NCBI GenBank assembly: GCA_048538235.1
Contig: JBLYPX010000001.1
Coordinates: 72,013-136,012 of the forward strand
Length of the DNA: 64,000 nucleotides
Origin: Candidatus Komeilibacteria bacterium
GTDB lineage: Bacteria; Patescibacteriota; Patescibacteriia; UBA1558
Direction of reading: 5' to 3'
Numbering within the stretch: position 1 is the stretch's first letter; every line of letters starts with the position of its first letter. Under the pieces are notes generated by a model. It was not told the origin of the DNA and searched no databases. It saw nothing but the letters and a program-made list of their open reading frames with translations. Both the position numbers and the translations under genes were made by a program. Shown here piece by piece: positions 8,872 through 20,076 of the stretch.

Positions 8872-11763
8872 ATGGCTACTAAAAAGAATAACGAAATCTT
8901 AAAGAGTCAGAATGAAAAAATAGTTATTCGTGGTGCGCGTGTACATAATTTAAAAAATATTGATGTTGAAATTCCTAGAGATAAGCTCGTTGTAATAACT
9001 GGGCTATCTGGTTCAGGAAAATCTTCACTTGCTTTCGATACCATCTATGCTGAAGGTCAACGTCGTTATGTAGAATCACTGTCTGCTTATGCTAGGCAGT
9101 TTTTAGGTTTAATGGATAAACCAGATGTAGATCAAATAGATGGTTTATCTCCAGCTATATCTATTGATCAAAGAACAACTTCACATAATCCTAGATCTAC
9201 TGTTGGTACTGTTACCGAGATCTACGATTACCTTCGTTTACTTTATGCTCGCATTGGTGTACCTCATTGTCCAGAATGTGGTGATGTAGTTTCACAACAA
9301 TCTACTAAACAAATGATGGAGATAATCTTTAATTTCAAAGAAAAAGATTTTATTCTTTTACTCGCTCCTGTTATTAGAGATAAAAAAGGTGAACACAGGG
9401 GTATGATTGCTGAGGTTGAAAGAGCTGGTTATACCAAGTTAAGAATTGATGGATTAATATATACAGTTGAAGAAGCAATTGAACTTAATTTAGATAAACA
9501 AAAGAAGCACGATATTGAAATAGTTGTAGATAGATTAGAAGTTAGTAAAACAAATAAAGATAGAATAGCTGACTCTTTAGAAAAGTGTTTAGAGCTTGGT
9601 GATGGTTTAATAATCATCCACAATTCTTCAGAAGAGAAAGACTATATCTTATCTCAACATTTTGCTTGTCCTAAGTGTAGTGTTAATTTACCACCACTTG
9701 AGCCAAGAAACTTTTCTTTTAATAGTCCGCATGGAGCCTGCCCTGCTTGTACAGGACTTGGTACTAAATTAGAAGTGGATCCAGAATTAATTATTCCAAA
9801 CAAGAAACTAACTTTAGCACAAGGTGCTATTCGTCCTTGGTCAAGAACTGCTTCTAACCAAACCTGGTATTACCGTATGTTAGATATTGTTGCTAAGACC
9901 AATAAATTCTCTACAGATACACCAGTAGATAAACTTACTAAAAAACAACTAGAGACTGTTCTTTATGGTACAGGAGATAAAAAATACAAAGTAGATTACA
10001 ATACAGAGAAATTTGAAGGTGGTTTTTCTACAACCTTTGAGGGTGTAATACCTAATTTAGAGAGAAGGTATAAAGAAACGGATTCAGACTATATCCGTAC
10101 AGAGATAGAGAAGTATATGCGTATTTATCCTTGTCCAGAATGTGAGGGAAACCGTTTAAGACCAGAATCTGTAGCTGTGACAGTTGCAGAGAAGAATATT
10201 ATAGATTTAACAGCTAGTACTATCTCAGATGCTATTACTTTCTTTGAAGAATTAGGATCAGATAAAGCAAAAGGTGCTATGCAATTAACTAAACGTGAAT
10301 TAACAATAGCTCACCAAGTATTAAAAGAGATAAGAGTAAGACTTAAGTTTTTAAATAATGTTGGTTTAAACTATTTAACATTATCTCGTAATGCCTCAAC
10401 CTTATCTGGCGGTGAAGCACAACGTATACGTTTGGCTACCCAAATAGGTTCTTCTTTAACTGGGGTTATATATATCTTAGATGAACCTTCAATAGGCTTG
10501 CACGCTAGAGATAATACTAGGTTAATAGATACGTTAAAAGAGTTAAGAGATTTGGGTAATACAGTGATTGTGGTTGAACATGATGCAGATACAATGATGG
10601 CTGCAGATTATTTGGTAGATATTGGACCAGGAGCAGGAGCCTTAGGTGGAGAAGTAGTGTCTATTGGTACACCAGAAGAAGTAGCTAAAGATAAGAATTC
10701 ATTAACTGGACAATATTTAACTGGTAAGAAAGAAATAGCTGAACCTAAGAAATACCGTAAAGGTAGTGGTAAGAGTATTAAGATAATTGGAGCAGAAGAA
10801 TTCAACCTTAAAAAAGTAGATGCAGAAATACCACTTGGTAAATTAGTTTGTATAACCGGTGTCTCAGGTTCTGGTAAATCCACCTTAATGCAAGAGATTT
10901 TAGCCAAAGCTTTATCTCATCACTTCCACAGAGCTAAAGATATGCCAGGTAAGCATAAAGAAATTAAAGGTTTAGAAAATCTAGATAAAGTTATTGCTAT
11001 TGATCAATCTCCAATTGGTAGAACGCCAAGATCTAATCCAGCAACCTATACAGGAGTATTTACATACATTAGAGATCTATTTACTCAATTACCAGAAGCT
11101 AAGATTAGAGGTTATAAAGCGGGTAGATTTTCTTTTAATGTAAAAGGTGGCAGATGTGAGGCTTGTCAGGGCGATGGACTTGTTAAAATTGGTATGAACT
11201 TTTTACCAGATGTATATGTAGACTGTACAGAGTGTCATGGTAAAAGATTTAACCCACAAACATTAGAAATACATTACAGGAACAAAAACATTGCAGATAT
11301 TTTAGAAATGAGTGTTAGTGAAGCAATGGCCTTCTTTAGTAATATTCCAAATATATCTCAGAAATTACAAACATTATATGATGTTGGCTTAGGATATATT
11401 AAGTTAGGACAATCTGCTACTACTTTATCTGGAGGAGAGGCTCAACGTGTAAAATTAGCCACAGAGTTATCTCGTAGAGCTACTGGTAAAACATTATATA
11501 TTTTAGATGAACCAACTACTGGTCTTCACTTTGATGATGTTAAAAGATTATTACAGGTTCTTAATAAACTAGTAGATAAAGGTAATTCAGTTTTAATAAT
11601 TGAACATAATTTAGATGTTATTAAATCTTCAGATTGGCTTATAGATTTAGGACCGGATGGAGGAGACAAGGGTGGTGAAATTGTAGCAGCTGGTACTCCT
11701 AGAGATATTGCTAAAGAAAAGAGAAGTTTCACCGGTAAGTATTTAAAACCTTTACTTAAATAA
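8872..11763 (+). CDS. uvrA: Excinuclease ABC subunit A
   Basis: [11 protein letters not shown], two Walker A motifs ([16 protein letters not shown]), two LSGGEAQR signatures and zinc fingers. Confidence 0.98.
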   Translation: MATKKNNEILKSQNEKIVIRGARVHNLKNIDVEIPRDKLVVITGLSGSGKSSLAFDTIYAEGQRRYVESLSAYARQFLGLMDKPDVDQIDGLSPAISIDQRTTSHNPRSTVGTVTEIYDYLRLLYARIGVPHCPECGDVVSQQSTKQMMEIIFNFKEKDFILLLAPVIRDKKGEHRGMIAEVERAGYTKLRIDGLIYTVEEAIELNLDKQKKHDIEIVVDRLEVSKTNKDRIADSLEKCLELGDGLIIIHNSSEEKDYILSQHFACPKCSVNLPPLEPRNFSFNSPHGACPACTGLGTKLEVDPELIIPNKKLTLAQGAIRPWSRTASNQTWYYRMLDIVAKTNKFSTDTPVDKLTKKQLETVLYGTGDKKYKVDYNTEKFEGGFSTTFEGVIPNLERRYKETDSDYIRTEIEKYMRIYPCPECEGNRLRPESVAVTVAEKNIIDLTASTISDAITFFEELGSDKAKGAMQLTKRELTIAHQVLKEIRVRLKFLNNVGLNYLTLSRNASTLSGGEAQRIRLATQIGSSLTGVIYILDEPSIGLHARDNTRLIDTLKELRDLGNTVIVVEHDADTMMAADYLVDIGPGAGALGGEVVSIGTPEEVAKDKNSLTGQYLTGKKEIAEPKKYRKGSGKSIKIIGAEEFNLKKVDAEIPLGKLVCITGVSGSGKSTLMQEILAKALSHHFHRAKDMPGKHKEIKGLENLDKVIAIDQSPIGRTPRSNPATYTGVFTYIRDLFTQLPEAKIRGYKAGRFSFNVKGGRCEACQGDGLVKIGMNFLPDVYVDCTECHGKRFNPQTLEIHYRNKNIADILEMSVSEAMAFFSNIPNISQKLQTLYDVGLGYIKLGQSATTLSGGEAQRVKLATELSRRATGKTLYILDEPTTGLHFDDVKRLLQVLNKLVDKGNSVLIIEHNLDVIKSSDWLIDLGPDGGDKGGEIVAAGTPRDIAKEKRSFTGKYLKPLLK

Positions 11764-11777
11764 ATATTATATACTTG

Positions 11778-11803
11778 ACCCCCACTTTTTGTGGGGGTTT
11801 TTT
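11778..11803 (+). terminator. Intrinsic terminator
   Basis: ACCCCCAC-ttttt-GTGGGGGT-ttttt. Confidence 0.85.
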
Positions 11804-11827
11804 ATTTCTTGAAAATAAGTAGTGTAA

Positions 11828-12757
11828 ATGGTACTATTTAGGTGCTTTATGCTTAAAAATAACATATTAAATACAATTAAATACTTTGATATCTTTGAAT
11901 ATCCTTTGACAGCCTGGGAATGCTATCATTGGCTTTATGGTGGTGAAAAAACTACTTTTGAAGATATTAAAAGAGAACTTGAGACATTAATAGAAAATAA
12001 AGAGGTTGAAACTCTTGATGGTTTTTACTTTTTACCCGGTAAAGATAAACATGTTGAAACAAGACAAAGAAGATATTTAATAGCTCAGCTGAAATATAAT
12101 ATTGCGTTAAGGGCGGTTAAAATGATTAGAGCTCTACCATTTATTCGCTATGTCGCAATCTGTAATTCACTAGCTTACAATAATGCAGCAGATAGTTCAG
12201 ATATAGACTTATTCATAATAGCTAAGAAAGGTAAATTATGGAGAGCTAGGTTTGTAGTAGCAACCATCATGCAACTTCTACACCGTAGGCCAAATAGTAA
12301 AACATCTAAAGATAAAATTTGTTTAAGCTTTTTAGTTTCAGACGATAATTTAAATCTTCAGTCTCTAGCTGTTGATGACGATATTTATTTAAAATATTGG
12401 ATTACACAATTAGTACCACTCTATGATCCAGATAATCTGCAGACAAAGTTAATTAAAGCAAATAGTTGGATAGATAAAGATTTGCCAAATCATTTAGAGT
12501 ATAAGACAAATAGATTTAGATTAGTAACAGATACTAAAACATCAAAGTTTTTTAAGAAATTGTTGGAAATAAAATTTGGATTAAATTTCTTAGAATCTTT
12601 ATTAAGAAGATTACAGTTTGCAATCCTATCTAATGATTTAAAAACTATTGCAAATAAAGATACTAGGGTGGTAATGACAGATCAGATATTGAAATTCCAT
12701 TCACTAGATAGAAGAGAAGAGTATAGGGATAAATTTAAAGAAAGAATTAATGAATAA
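11828..12757 (+). CDS. Nucleotidyltransferase-domain protein
   Basis: CNSLAY...SDIDLFII Pol-beta-like motif after a winged-helix-like N-terminus; true start may be MLKNN (11849). Confidence 0.7.
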   Translation: MVLFRCFMLKNNILNTIKYFDIFEYPLTAWECYHWLYGGEKTTFEDIKRELETLIENKEVETLDGFYFLPGKDKHVETRQRRYLIAQLKYNIALRAVKMIRALPFIRYVAICNSLAYNNAADSSDIDLFIIAKKGKLWRARFVVATIMQLLHRRPNSKTSKDKICLSFLVSDDNLNLQSLAVDDDIYLKYWITQLVPLYDPDNLQTKLIKANSWIDKDLPNHLEYKTNRFRLVTDTKTSKFFKKLLEIKFGLNFLESLLRRLQFAILSNDLKTIANKDTRVVMTDQILKFHSLDRREEYRDKFKERINE

Positions 12758-14087
12758 GTTGTACAAAATAATTGAATATTTATTCTACATATTTGTTTTT
12801 CTGTTACCTTTACAAACCAGGTGGTTATACAATGAAGGATTGTTAAATAATGGTCATTGGGAATATGGCACCTTCTCGTTATATGCAACAGAAATATTAC
12901 TTGGTTTAATATTTCTTTTGGTTATTATTTTAGCTGGCCTGCAAATAAAGAAAAATGGTTCCAAATTAAATATGCAGAAATTAGATGTATTATTAATTAG
13001 CTTTTTAATATTTATTGGCCTTTCTATTATTTGGAGTATTAATTCATATATTAGCTGGCAAGTTTGGCTAGTTGTGATTGAAGCAATAGCTTTGCTATAT
13101 TTAGCTTCCCGTATAGGTTGGAACTATATTAAACTAGGCATAGCTTTTGTTTTAAGTGGTTTAATACAATCTGTATTAGCTATTTACCAATTTAGTGTCC
13201 AATCTGTATTTGCTAACAAATGGCTGGGCATGTCAGAACAAATGGTGGGGGATGGAGGAGTTTCTGTTATTGAAGGAGCGGGCAGATGGTTAAGAGCTTA
13301 TGGTAGCTTACCACACCCTAATATGTTGGGAGGATTTTTAGCAATTGTTTTAATAATATTATTCGGACTTTTATTCCATTACCGTACTAAGTACTATAAT
13401 CCACCATGGAAAATATCTAAGGGGTTAATTCTTAGCGCTGTTTTCTTATTCAGCTCTTTGGTAATTATTACCTATGGAATATTATTATCTTTTTCTCGTT
13501 CTGCGTGGTTGGGATTAGTAATTGCTTTAATATTCCTTTGGATAATATTCATATTACAGCAAGATAAAAAAAGATTATTATTCTTTTTTAAATTAAATAT
13601 TATACTATTGCTAGTAGTAGTTTTCTTTTCAGTAAGCTACGGTAATTTGTTAAGTAATAGAGTGAAGGTAGATTCTAGATTAGAAGCTCAGTCTATCTCT
13701 GAGAGACAGACAGGTTATGCAGAAGCTGTTGAGATAATTAAAACTAATCCTTTCTTGGGCGTTGGTTTGGGAGCTTACACTCAAGCTCTATATGATAAAG
13801 ACAATACTTTAGCATCCTATGCTTACCAACCAGTACATAATGTAGATTTACTAGTTATGGCAGAACTAGGAATTATTGGGTGGTTAATTTTAACTATCAC
13901 TATTATATATTTAATATATCTTGGCTTTAGAAAATTACGTACAGCAGATAATGAATTTTTAATGTTAATGGCTGCCTTTTTAGTAATATTAGTAATAGGT
14001 TTCTTTGATCATTATCTTTGGTCATTATACTTTGGGCTTATCTTAAGTTTCTTAATTACAGGTATATACATTAAACGTCTGAGTTAA
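12750..14087 (+). CDS. O-antigen ligase (WaaL/Wzy_C) family membrane protein
   Basis: Polytopic; RAYGSLPHPNMLGG, SFSRSAW, PFLGVGLG and PVHNV..LVMAELG motifs. Confidence 0.85.
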   Translation: MNKLYKIIEYLFYIFVFLLPLQTRWLYNEGLLNNGHWEYGTFSLYATEILLGLIFLLVIILAGLQIKKNGSKLNMQKLDVLLISFLIFIGLSIIWSINSYISWQVWLVVIEAIALLYLASRIGWNYIKLGIAFVLSGLIQSVLAIYQFSVQSVFANKWLGMSEQMVGDGGVSVIEGAGRWLRAYGSLPHPNMLGGFLAIVLIILFGLLFHYRTKYYNPPWKISKGLILSAVFLFSSLVIITYGILLSFSRSAWLGLVIALIFLWIIFILQQDKKRLLFFFKLNIILLLVVVFFSVSYGNLLSNRVKVDSRLEAQSISERQTGYAEAVEIIKTNPFLGVGLGAYTQALYDKDNTLASYAYQPVHNVDLLVMAELGIIGWLILTITIIYLIYLGFRKLRTADNEFLMLMAAFLVILVIGFFDHYLWSLYFGLILSFLITGIYIKRLS

Positions 14088-14147
14088 TTTACAATAAGTT
14101 AGAAATATCATATAATTAAGCTAGAATTAATAATAATTAAGCATAAA

Positions 14148-14477
14148 ATGGTAGATCAAAAAGATACAAATTATAACGAGAAAAAAGATATTAGAGATAA
14201 TTCTTTTTTAGCCGCTATAGGATATATTTGGATACTATGTTTTATCCCACTATTCCTAAAGCGTAATTCCCAGTTTGCTCAGTTTCATGCTAAGCAAGGT
14301 TTAATCCTATTCATTGTAGAAATTTTAGGATGGCTAGTTTTCTGGATTCCTTTAATTGGTTGGCTTCTATTCTTAGCTATTCTAGTATTAGCTATTATGG
14401 GTATTATGAACGCCTTACAAGGAGTTTGGTGGGAGATGCCTTATTTAGGCAAGTATGCTAAGAAGATTAACCTGTAG
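14148..14477 (+). CDS. DUF4870/Tic20-like small membrane protein
   Basis: AAIGYI..FAQFHAKQGL..GIMNALQG..MPYLG pattern. Confidence 0.8.
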   Translation: MVDQKDTNYNEKKDIRDNSFLAAIGYIWILCFIPLFLKRNSQFAQFHAKQGLILFIVEILGWLVFWIPLIGWLLFLAILVLAIMGIMNALQGVWWEMPYLGKYAKKINL

Positions 14478-14491
14478 GTAAATTTAACATT

Positions 14492-15907
14492 ATGGCAAAT
14501 ACAAAAATAGTGGCTACTTTAGGGCCGGCTTCAGAAAATTTAACTACAATAAAAAAATTAGCTAAAGCGGGCATAGATGTTGTCCGTCTTAATTTTTCAC
14601 ACGGCACGTATGCTAATCATGCGATGCTAATTTCTAATGTAAGAAAAGCAAGTAAGTCAGAAAAGAAAACAATTGCAATCTTGCAAGACTTACAAGGACC
14701 TCGTATCCGTATTGGAGATATTCCAGCTAAGGGGATTGAATTAAGAAGTGGTAAAAAAGTAACCTTAAGATTCAACCAAAAGAAATACAAGGAAGATAAT
14801 ATTATTCCAATAGATTTAAAAGTACCACCACATTTTAAAAAGAATGATCGTATTTTAATGCATGATGGCTTGGTGGAAATGAAAGTAGTGTCACAAGATA
14901 AAGAATTAGTACATTGTAAGGTTGTCCGTTCTGGCATGATACTATCACACAAAGGTGTAAATATTCCAAATATTAAAATAACCACTCCGGTTATTACAGC
15001 AAAAGATAAAAAAGATATTCAATTTGGTCTTAAGCATAATGTAGATTGGATAGCTTTATCTTTTGTTGGTTCTGCTCAAGATATTATAGATTTAAGGAAG
15101 TTAATAAAGAGATACGATAAATCTGCTAATGTTAAGATAATGGCTAAGATTGAAAGACCACAAGCTGTTAAGAATATAGATAGTATTATTGAAGAAGTAG
15201 ATGGTATTATGATTGCTCGTGGAGATTTAGGCGTAGAAATGTCACCACATAAGGTACCAATTATACAAAAGAAGATTATTAAAAAATGTATGGCTGCTTC
15301 TAAGCCAGTATTGGTTGCAACTCAGATGTTAGATTCTATGATCAATACACCAATGCCAACTAGAGCAGAGGTTTCAGATGTAGCTAATGCTGTAATTGAC
15401 CACACCGATGCAGTCATGCTTTCTGGAGAAACAGCTTTTGGTAAATATCCGGTACAAACAGTCAGGATGATGAGTAGTATTGTTAGAGAAACAGAAAAAT
15501 CTCCTTTTGACGATATGCCTAGAGGACACATTGTTGTTAAAAAAGACACTCATTACCAAGCTGTAGCAGAATCTGTATTTGAACTAGTAGAAGCAACAAG
15601 TGCTAAAGCTATTGTTGTTTTAAGTAGATCAGGCTTTTCTGCTCAGTTAATAGCTCGTCACAGACCAGATACAAAGATTATTGCCCTGGTTGCTGAAGAT
15701 TCTGTTAAAAGGCAGTTAAATATTGTTTGGGGAGTACATGCTTACAGAGTATCTGTTAAAAAGAGTTTAGATGGACTAATTAAACAAACCGTACAACTTA
15801 TTAAAAAATATAAATTAGTAAATAAAGGTAGTAATATTGTTATTGTTACTGGTCAACCAGTTGGTAGATCAAAACATGCTAATTTAATGGAAGTATATAA
15901 AATCTAA
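14492..15907 (+). CDS. pyk: Pyruvate kinase
   Basis: TKIVATLGP, RLNFSHG, DGIMIARGDLGVE, ATQMLDSM and MLSGETA motifs. Confidence 0.97.
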   Translation: MANTKIVATLGPASENLTTIKKLAKAGIDVVRLNFSHGTYANHAMLISNVRKASKSEKKTIAILQDLQGPRIRIGDIPAKGIELRSGKKVTLRFNQKKYKEDNIIPIDLKVPPHFKKNDRILMHDGLVEMKVVSQDKELVHCKVVRSGMILSHKGVNIPNIKITTPVITAKDKKDIQFGLKHNVDWIALSFVGSAQDIIDLRKLIKRYDKSANVKIMAKIERPQAVKNIDSIIEEVDGIMIARGDLGVEMSPHKVPIIQKKIIKKCMAASKPVLVATQMLDSMINTPMPTRAEVSDVANAVIDHTDAVMLSGETAFGKYPVQTVRMMSSIVRETEKSPFDDMPRGHIVVKKDTHYQAVAESVFELVEATSAKAIVVLSRSGFSAQLIARHRPDTKIIALVAEDSVKRQLNIVWGVHAYRVSVKKSLDGLIKQTVQLIKKYKLVNKGSNIVIVTGQPVGRSKHANLMEVYKI

Positions 15908-15917
15908 CTTCAAATAA

Positions 15918-18347
15918 ATGAAAAAACAAAACCGTACTAAAAAGAATATCCTTTGGTTTAATGAAATAGGTAATAAGGATGTAGGATTAGTTGGTGGTAA
16001 AAATGCATCTTTAGGAGAGATGTATTCTAATTTAGTTAAAAAAGGAATAAATATTCCTAATGGTTTTGCTGTTACAGCAGCTGCTTACAGGTATATATTA
16101 AAAAACGCTAAGGCAGAAAAAAAAGTTAAAGATATTTTAAAGAATGTTAATACTAGAAATATTAAAGACTTAAGTAAAAAAGCTAGAGCGGTTAGAGAAT
16201 TAATACTTAGTATAGAATTCCCACAAGATTTACAAGAAGAAATATTTGAGGCATATGCTAAATTAAGTAAATTATACAAAGTAAATAATTTAGATGTAGC
16301 AGTTAGATCTTCAGCTACTGCTGAGGATTTACCATCTGCATCATTTGCTGGTCAACAAGAATCATATTTAAATATTAGAGGTAAACAAGAATTACTGGAC
16401 ACTGTTCGTAAGTGTATGGCTTCTTTGTTTACAGATAGAGCAATCTCTTACAGAGAAGATAAAGGTTTTGATCATTTTAAAATAGCTTTATCTGTTACTG
16501 TTCAGAAAATGGTAAGATCAGATAAAGCATCAGCTGGTGTTATGTTTTCCATAGATACAGAAACAGGTTTTCCTGGAGTGGTAGTTATTAATGCTGCTTG
16601 GGGTTTGGGAGAAATGGTAGTTAAAGGTTCAATTACACCAGATGAGTATTTTGTTTTTAAAGAAACTTTAGATAAAAAAAGTAAACAAGGTAAGATATAT
16701 AAACCAGTTATTGGTAAAGAAGTTGGTGCTAAAGAAAAAAGAATGGTTTACAGTAATACTGGTAAACCAACTAAGATTATTGCTAATACTGTTAAAGAAA
16801 AAAAACAGTATGTTTTACAAGATAAAGAAATACTACAATTAGCACGTTGGGCTAAGATGATAGAACAGTACTATAAAAGGCCAATGGATATGGAATGGGC
16901 TAAAGATGGTACAGATAATAAACTATACATAGTACAAGCTAGACCAGAAACTGTTGAATCACAAGAGAATAGGAATGTATTAACAGAATATATATTACAA
17001 GCTAGGAGTAAAGTACTTTTAACAGGTGCTGCAGTTGGCTCAAAAATAGGGCAAGGAATGGTTCAAATTGTTAAAGATGTAAAAGCTATAGATAAGTTTA
17101 AAGCAGGGCAAGTACTTGTTACTGAGATGACAGATCCAGACTGGGAACCAGTTATGAAAAAAGCAGCTGCTATTATTACTAACTCTGGTGGTAGAACTTG
17201 TCACGCTGCTATTGTTTCCAGAGAACTTGGTATTCCTTGTATTGTAGGCACAGGTAATGGAACAGATGTATTAAAGAATAGTCAAAAAGTAACAGTTTCT
17301 TGTGCAGAAGGTGAGAAAGGATATATTTACCAAGGATTGTTAAAGTACAAAGTTAAAAAAACTAATCTAAAAAAGGTTGGTAAACCAAAGACTAAGATAA
17401 TGATGAATGTTGGTGAACCAAGAGCTGCCTTTTTAGATTCTTTCATTCCCAATGATGGTGTTGGACTTGCTCGTGAAGAGTTTGTAATAAATAATTACAT
17501 TAAAGTTCATCCTTTAGCACTGCTTAACTTTAACAAGTTAGAAAGTAAAACAGCCAGGAATAAAATTGAAGAATTAACCTTTAACTATTCATCTAAGCCA
17601 CAGTTCTTTGTAGATAAATTAGCTGAAGGTATTGGTAGAATAGCATCTGCTTTTTATCCAAAGGATGTTATTGTTAGACTTTCAGATTTTAAATCTAATG
17701 AGTATGCTAATTTAATCGGTGGTAAACAATTTGAACCAGTAGAAGATAATCCAATGATTGGTTGGCGTGGTGCTAGTAGATATTATGATCCTAAATATTT
17801 ACCAGCTTTTAAATTAGAATGTAAAGCTCTTAAAAAAGTAAGAGAAGAATTTGGTTTAACCAATGTTAAAATAATGGTCCCATTCTGTAGAACTATTACT
17901 GAAGGTAAGAAGGTTTTAGAAATAATGGCTAAGGAAGGATTAAAACAAGGCGTTAATGGTTTAGAAGTATATGTTATGTGTGAAATACCATCTAATGTTA
18001 TTCTAGCTGAAGACTTTGCTAAACTATTTGATGGCTTTTCAATTGGTTCAAATGATTTAACACAATTAACATTAGGTGTAGATAGAGATTCAGAAATAGT
18101 TAGCCATGTTTATGATGAAAGAAATGAAGCTATTAAGAAACTATTAGAACAGGTTATTAAAACAGCACATAAGTATAAAACAAAGGTTGGTATCTGTGGT
18201 CAAGCACCTTCAGATTTTCCAGACTTTGCTCAAATGCTTGTTAAACTTGGTATAGATAGTATTTCTTTAATACCAGATACAGTTATTGGTACTACCTTGA
18301 AAGTATTACAAACAGAGAAGAAAATTAAAGAAATAATAGTTAAGTAA
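15918..18347 (+). CDS. ppsA: Phosphoenolpyruvate synthase
   Basis: VGGKNASLGEM, RSSATAEDL, GGRTCHAAIVSRELG (phospho-His) and FSIGSNDLTQ motifs. Confidence 0.97.
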   Translation: MKKQNRTKKNILWFNEIGNKDVGLVGGKNASLGEMYSNLVKKGINIPNGFAVTAAAYRYILKNAKAEKKVKDILKNVNTRNIKDLSKKARAVRELILSIEFPQDLQEEIFEAYAKLSKLYKVNNLDVAVRSSATAEDLPSASFAGQQESYLNIRGKQELLDTVRKCMASLFTDRAISYREDKGFDHFKIALSVTVQKMVRSDKASAGVMFSIDTETGFPGVVVINAAWGLGEMVVKGSITPDEYFVFKETLDKKSKQGKIYKPVIGKEVGAKEKRMVYSNTGKPTKIIANTVKEKKQYVLQDKEILQLARWAKMIEQYYKRPMDMEWAKDGTDNKLYIVQARPETVESQENRNVLTEYILQARSKVLLTGAAVGSKIGQGMVQIVKDVKAIDKFKAGQVLVTEMTDPDWEPVMKKAAAIITNSGGRTCHAAIVSRELGIPCIVGTGNGTDVLKNSQKVTVSCAEGEKGYIYQGLLKYKVKKTNLKKVGKPKTKIMMNVGEPRAAFLDSFIPNDGVGLAREEFVINNYIKVHPLALLNFNKLESKTARNKIEELTFNYSSKPQFFVDKLAEGIGRIASAFYPKDVIVRLSDFKSNEYANLIGGKQFEPVEDNPMIGWRGASRYYDPKYLPAFKLECKALKKVREEFGLTNVKIMVPFCRTITEGKKVLEIMAKEGLKQGVNGLEVYVMCEIPSNVILAEDFAKLFDGFSIGSNDLTQLTLGVDRDSEIVSHVYDERNEAIKKLLEQVIKTAHKYKTKVGICGQAPSDFPDFAQMLVKLGIDSISLIPDTVIGTTLKVLQTEKKIKEIIVK

Positions 18348-18384
18348 ATAAAAAAGGCTCAACATTGTTGAGCCTTTTTTATTT
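18346..18384. terminator. Bidirectional intrinsic terminator
   Basis: AAATAAAAAAGGCTCAACA-t-TGTTGAGCCTTTTTTATTT between convergent genes. Confidence 0.9.
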
Positions 18385-18398
18385 GTCTATTTTATAAG

Positions 18399-19676
18399 CT
18401 ACTTAATGTAAGATAGCTTACGCGTAGCTTGGTAGTCAGGCGTTACCAACCGATACAAATAGATACCACTGGACAAGTTTTTTTGTCCAAGATCTATCAA
18501 TATCGAATGATTTCCGGCCGGTTGTTCATCGCTTACGATAGTCTTTATGGTCTCACCGGTCATGGAAAAGATTGTCAATTCCACAGGACCGTTTGAGGGA
18601 AGAAAATAACTGATCGTAGTAGATGGATTGAAAGGATTGGGATAATTCTGATTCAACCTGAATTCACTGGGCGATAATTGCCCCTCTTCATCTGTTGCCA
18701 GGGCGGAGTTCAGTTGAACAGCTGTTACCTCATATTCCAGGCTTGGATTAGGAATTATTATTGTAGCGTGTTCATTTGCTACAAATTGTTGTTCTGACCA
18801 CATGGTGCCATCTGGCAATATTGTTTTTACGCATACTGCATAGGCATCCGTCTCGATCGTCAGTTCATTCCCAGATAATGATGATACAGAAGGAACCACA
18901 AATGGGGGTTGAACCTCACTCATCAATTCACCAATCCCAAGTTCATAATTTGAAAACATTGGGTGATTGGGGTCGACGACGTATAGATTCACAAGGAATA
19001 GATCAACCAATCCAATGTTCGATACAAACAGAATTGAACCGCGGCCATAATTCAATCCTTCGTTGGTAAACCATTCACTCGATGGTTGGATTTGGCTGTA
19101 CGGGGTTAATAATTCAACGTCAGTCATGTCAACCATGCCATCACCTGATATATCACCCAGAATTCCATCTTGAGAGATAATGTGCTTGGTGTTGTGGATG
19201 TAAGTAGTTGCCAGGTCCGAGTTCAGAACAGTGAGTTGATTCTCTATTCTGAGTTCATGACCAACTGGTTGAAGGTTTTGGTAGTTCACAGTACCGATAG
19301 TATGCCAGGCAAGCCAATTTTGCGTCAGCACTATTTGGTAGCGCCAGAAGGGGTCATTTTCTGTGTAATAACTGGCGCCGGGAATTGCAGGATAACCATT
19401 CTCCTCAATATTCCAATTGTAGACTGGCATAGACAAAAGCTCACCTTGCCAGTATGCATAGGAATGGTATTCCAGTGCAACAATGTTTTGAACCCAGTTC
19501 ACCTGATTAACATGTATGTTGTACGAGAGTTGTTGCTGAGGTAGCATGTATAGCGTATCAACACCATTGACAGGATAGAATGCAAAAGTGTATTCTTCCT
19601 GATCATTGTTTTGTGAATATACACTTCCAAGGGCTATCAAGGTTAGCAATGTTGCAGTTAAAAACTTCACTTTCAT
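18399..19676 (-). CDS. Secreted protein with dockerin-like motif and C-terminal FlgD-Ig/T9SS type A sorting-like domain
   Basis: Signal peptide; LGDISGDGMVDMTDVELL; C-terminal LNQNYPNPFNPSTTISY...LSSGIYLYRL...RKLSYIK; atypical codon usage. Confidence 0.85.
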   Translation of the reverse strand: MKVKFLTATLLTLIALGSVYSQNNDQEEYTFAFYPVNGVDTLYMLPQQQLSYNIHVNQVNWVQNIVALEYHSYAYWQGELLSMPVYNWNIEENGYPAIPGASYYTENDPFWRYQIVLTQNWLAWHTIGTVNYQNLQPVGHELRIENQLTVLNSDLATTYIHNTKHIISQDGILGDISGDGMVDMTDVELLTPYSQIQPSSEWFTNEGLNYGRGSILFVSNIGLVDLFLVNLYVVDPNHPMFSNYELGIGELMSEVQPPFVVPSVSSLSGNELTIETDAYAVCVKTILPDGTMWSEQQFVANEHATIIIPNPSLEYEVTAVQLNSALATDEEGQLSPSEFRLNQNYPNPFNPSTTISYFLPSNGPVELTIFSMTGETIKTIVSDEQPAGNHSILIDLGQKNLSSGIYLYRLVTPDYQATRKLSYIK

Positions 19677-19795
19677 TTTTGTTTCCTCTATACTGAAATT
19701 TACTTACAGCTACAATTTATCCCATGATAAATTGCATCAATATTTTCCTCCTTTCTTCGATCTCGCTGTTTTTAAGGTTCTGTTTATAATAAAGT

Positions 19796-19824
19796 AAAAT
19801 AGCATAAAGGTTTATTATTGTCAA
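19796..19824 (-). promoter_or_regulatory. Promoter of the secreted-protein cassette
   Basis: TTGACA-N17-TATTTT with extended TG on the minus strand. Confidence 0.6.
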
Positions 19825-19881
19825 TATTTATAGAAAAACATTTGCTTTTTTAAGCTATTTTGTTATACTTTTCACACTTCT

Positions 19882-19969
19882 GGAGAGGTCGCATAGTGGT
19901 CTAGTGCGCCTGCTTGGAGTGCAGGTATACCGCAAGGTATCGCGGGTTCAAATCCCGCCCTCTCCGCCA
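19882..19969 (+). tRNA. tRNA-Ser(GGA)
   Basis: GGAGAGG acceptor stem, CCTGC-TT-GGA-GT-GCAGG anticodon arm, long variable arm, encoded CCA. Confidence 0.96.
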
Positions 19970-20076
19970 CATCGTGCTAGCACGAGGATATTAAAAAACA
20001 GCTTATTTATTAAGGTGTTTTTTATTGCAAAATAACCAAAATTAGGATAAGGTTTAGAGGTGTAAGACATATTTTT

